A stretch of 64,000 nt of DNA from Podarcis filfolensis (lineage: Eukaryota). The DNA lies in assembly GCA_964270895.1 (NCBI GenBank), contig OZ185444.1; one strand, given 5' to 3'. Position 1 is the stretch's first letter. Every line of letters begins with the position of its first letter. Shown here one piece after another: positions 59,926-64,000 of the stretch. The translations under genes and the position numbers were made by a program. Under the pieces are notes generated by a model, which saw only the letters and a list, made by a program, of their open reading frames with translations, was not told the origin of the DNA and did not search any database.

Positions 59926-60551
59926 GTTTAGTGCTAGGGCTGGGCACTACTTTCTTTTTAACACCATGATATATCAGCACCTAAATACCGGTATATGCTG
60001 ATATATCATGATGACTAGAATTTATATTGTCTGCTTCTTCCTGCCTTAGGGAAAGAAGAAGCAGCTGAGATACATGGCCCAGCCCTAAACAGTGAGCGAG
60101 TCCTGATGCTTCTCAAGCTCACATGTGAGCCGAGGAGCATTGGGGCTTTGCTGAACTGCTCAGCTGGAGTGTGGAAGACACCTCCCACCCCCCAGCTGAA
60201 CAAGCCAGTGGCAGGCAGGGGGCTCTGTTAACTGCTTGGCTGAGGGGAGCGAGGTAGTGCTGGAACCACTTAAATATACGCAGCACTGAGGTAGTGCTGG
60301 ACCAGTTAAAAATATATACCTAATATGAAACAGTCTCATTTGTTTAAAGGCTTAGATATAATAGAAATATTCACCCAGCATTGAGGATCGCAAAGGAAGT
60401 GTCATGCAAGTTCTTCTGGGGAAGGTAGCACCAAAAAGGTCCTATCTCAAGTCAGCATCCACCCTAGATCAGATGGTGAGGACCTGAAGAAGGTCCTTGG
60501 AAGACAATCTTAGGGACTGCACAAGATTACGTGGGAAGTAAGATATGCTTA

Positions 60552-60905
60552 AATGGGTAAAGGGGACCCCTGACCATAAGGTCCAGTCATGGCCGACTCT
60601 GGGGTTGCGGCACTCATCTCGCTTTATTGGCCAAGGGAGCTGGCATACAGCTTCCGAGTCATGTGGCCAGCATGACTAAGCTGCTTCTGGCGAACTAGAG
60701 CAGCGCACGGAAACACCATTTACCTCCCCGCCGGAGCGGTACCTATTTATCTACTTGCACTTTGATGTGCTTTCAAACTGCTAGGTTGACAGGAGCAGGG
60801 ACAGAGCAACAGGAGCTCACCCCGTCGTGGAGATTCAAACCGCTGACCGTCTGATCGGCAAGTCCCAGGCTCTGTGGTTTAATCCACAATGCCACCCGTG
60901 TCCCT
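60552..60905 (-). mobile_element. Sauria SINE
   Basis: Full-length consensus; 13-bp TSD TAAGATATGCTTA at 60539-60551 and 60906-60918. Confidence 0.93.
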
Positions 60906-61884
60906 TAAGATATGCTTACCTGAAAGTTATTTGTTCACTCAGAATAGATCTTAGAGTAATTGGTTGTATTTAACAAGCACTTACTCAGAGTAGACCAACT
61001 GAAATATATTGGCCTAAGTTAGTCATAGACAAGCTGACTGTAAGAACCAGTCCAAGCCAAGTATGTATTGCTTTTAAGACTACACTGTTGAGCTCTCATC
61101 TTGGTTTCTTGGGGATAAACATTGATCTCTGACTAGGCGAGTATGTTCTCGCCAGTGCTGTTCATAGCACAACTAAGTAAACCTCCCTAGCCTTCCCTGG
61201 CGGCAAATATCTAACTGGGGTTTATGTTTCATAAGCGCATGTATCATTTGTTTATATTCTCCAAACATAGTATATGTGTGTAGTGAACTATTAAATATCT
61301 TTTGACAATGCAATTTTGTTTGCCTATGGAAATCCAAATGTTCTGGCCTTGTTTGCTGAAGTTTGCTCTTATTGCTAGTCTGTCGCACTAGGGCAGTCAA
61401 GTGTGGGGAGAAAGCACATGGACCTAGCTCTAGCCTAGACAGGGAGGGGCACTCAGGACTCTCCCAGCAAATGCACACAGCTTGGATTTATGGGTCTCTT
61501 ACCTGCATTCAGATAATGGGCAAGTGGTGGCAGAGATTTCAAGGATAAATCCCTCCACTGGATGCAGATTATTTTGTGTTTGTGTGTGTAATATATAGAT
61601 AGCTGTGATGGGGGAGAAATTTGATCCAGTTCACATTTAAAGGGGAGCCTACCTAATTTGCTCTTTCTTAACACGATGTGAACCAAAACACAGCTATCCT
61701 TTGAAATGTTCACTTCTCTGAATTTTGCAGTGATGTTCCCAAGGCAATGCAAATGCTTATACTATGATAAAGGGTGCATATAAATGTATATATTACAGGG
61801 AATTGCTTTGCAAAAAAAAAAGTGTATATTAGGCAAAATTGCATCAAAAATGCGTACAGTATATTAGGAAGAACTGAAATTGCC

Positions 61885-61941
61885 TGCTCTGGTCTATGAG
61901 GTCACGAAGAGTCGGACATTACTGAACAACTAAACAACAAC
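61885..61941 (+). mobile_element. Degenerate BovB tail
   Basis: GCTCTGGTCTATGAGGTCACGAAGAGTCGGACATTACTGAACAACTAAACAACAAC. Confidence 0.7.
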
Positions 61942-62799
61942 ATATATCTCTAATAGATAGATATGAATGAGACAAACCTGAATCTGGGTCAGAGACTCTG
62001 TTTTACCAGCTAGGCAGTAGTTTGCAAAAGGTGTATATACAGCAGCATATACTGTATCACAAATGGTTCACCGTATCACAAATGGTTCACCGGCACCTTT
62101 GTTTGGGGCCAGTCCCAGACATTTTGCTGGTGCCAACACTTCCAAAAACTTGTTACACCATCCACACACCACTTCCTGTCTTCTTCTCCTACAAACCCAT
62201 GATGCTACCTGCTGCAGCTACTTAACTCTACTGCATAGCAGAGCCAGCCCTGACTTTTATCATGGATATGCCTTATTATTCTACATCACTATACCTACCA
62301 CTGCTAATGAGGGCTGTGATGCTTGGTCATGTATACATTCCCAACTGTATTAATAACATGTAAATAATGTGTGCGTGTCATGCCTTAATCAAAGGAACAT
62401 TCCTGGGGAACATGCTCCTTCATCTCTGCTCCTTTCTTAATTTTGATCTCAAAAATAGCTGGTCGTTCTCCTTGTAACTTTATACATTTCCTTCTTCCAT
62501 TTCTTCTTCTTGTCTTTCCCATTAGTTCTCCTCATGCAGAGTACTACTTCCCAGTTACCTAAGTTTCTCCCCCTTAGGCTAACCTTTTAGCTCTGCTTTC
62601 CCGCATTCTCTTTTGTCTGTCTCCCTCTTCTCATTCTCTCTCTCTCTCTCTCTCTCTTGAACTAGGCTGTGAATTTTAGCAGCATCATAACGGGACAAGC
62701 TGTAAAACTGAAATTCCCAGAGGGGCCAAGTTGTGATCATTTTATTTTTACATTGTCCTTGGATGTGAAAGGTGTTTATTCAAGGGGGAGGAGGTCTGT

Positions 62800-62800
<1 letters not shown>

Positions 62801-62850
<50 letters not shown>

Positions 62851-62864
62851 GAGAGAGAGAGAGA
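62801..62864. repeat. Compound (TG)n-(AG)n microsatellite
   Basis: Direct observation. Confidence 0.95.
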
Positions 62865-63589
62865 GCAGGCCAGAACAAACGGAGCTTAATATGAATATAG
62901 GTCAGCTCCAGATAAGACCCTAAGTGGTCTGTGTCAAACAAGAGTATCTTGTTGCTTTTGGCAAAATACCAAAAACATGGCAACTGAGCAGTAGATTTAC
63001 ACACATAATACATTGCATGCATCATCCACCACATGAGGACGTGTTACTACCATGCGTGCCTACAGTCAAAGGACAATTACTCTAATGCTGGAAAGGAGAT
63101 CAGTGCAATTGCTGGATTTCTGCATACAGCTGATGGAGAGAATACATATCTGGATGCATGCCGTCATATGCAGTGTGCTGATTATTCACATCCTTGAATT
63201 AGCTGGGTGCTGAAATCTTCACTCAGACTTCCTCTGTGTTGACTTTCTTATAACCTGGCCATGTGAAAGATTCAGCCTTTAAGTCCATACTTGCATGCTT
63301 AAATCACTATTGCGTCATCATACTTGTGTGGAATTGGTAGACATGCTGACTGCATGGATTTTTAACTATTGGGATCAGATGCAATCATTTTTTAAATAAA
63401 AAAAACATCAATACCCCACCTTTCTCCCCTTAAAAAGGCCACATAATAATAAAAGTCTGCAAATTAAAACTAATACTAAAATACAAATAAAAAATAAAAA
63501 TATGCAAAATAATAAAAACATGAAAACAATCTATAAATATACAGAAACCTAAAAGCAGAGCCATTAGAAACACCACCAACCAAACAGCC

Positions 63590-64000
63590 TGCAAAAATTA
63601 GTTCACCAAAAAATCACAAGAGAGAGGGCCAGTGTGGCTTCTCTGTGAAGTGTATATAGACTTGGTGCTGCGACCCAGAAGGCTTTGTTCTGCAATCCAG
63701 GCAACTGCACCTCTGAAAGCGCCAGGACTTGGAGCAAGATGACAACAATAGTGAGCAGTAAGGTTCATGTAGCAAGAGGCAGTCCTTAAAATATATGGCT
63801 CCCAAACCATCTACGGATGCATCTATAATACCCAGCACCATGAACTGGGCTGGGAAACAAACTGGGAGACAATGAAGTCTGGAAGAATATGCTCCCAAGG
63901 GCAGACTGCAAGAACCACTGCCTGAAACATCTGGATCCCATAGCCTAACCTTTGGCAGGGCCTCAACCCAAGCTGGTCTCCCACTCATGCATATCACTAC
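63590..64000 (-). mobile_element. L2 LINE fragment running off the window end
   Basis: Similar to L2 ORF2 3' region (GGGAGCCATATATTTTAAGG, CCCAGTTCATGGTGCTGGG), preceded by an A-rich tail region at about 63385-63590. Confidence 0.6.

Overview
Eukaryotic genomic DNA from a squamate, most likely a lacertid lizard (inferred from Sauria SINEs, BovB, CR1, L2 and hAT/Tc1-mariner MITEs). Two complete spliced protein-coding genes lie on the + strand, both reconstructed by hand. PVALB (alpha-parvalbumin, 110 aa) has coding exons 10889-10949, 14643-14775, 18434-18543 and 21658-21686, plus a probable non-coding first exon at about 641-710 behind a TATA box. IFT27/RABL4 (186 aa) has 7 exons between 42100 and 49221, and its intron 4 is GC-AG. 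The same-strand PVALB-IFT27 order matches the known amniote NCF4-PVALB-IFT27-CACNG2 block. The rest is intronic or intergenic DNA rich in transposable elements, with a 329-nt N gap. There are no CRISPR arrays or intact rRNA/tRNA genes, and I found no convincing new multi-gene system. Best leads: (1) an unexplained 187-codon hydrophobic antisense ORF with a splice acceptor in IFT27 intron 1; (2) two hAT MITEs inserted at the same base of two CR1 tails in opposite orientations; (3) a MITE carrying tandem E-box plus SIX/MEF3 cores in PVALB intron 1; (4) candidate alternative PVALB first exons, one giving a uORF; (5) unusual residues in the parvalbumin. TE family names come from recalled consensus sequences, not a database search, and TE boundaries without a target-site duplication (TSD) are approximate.
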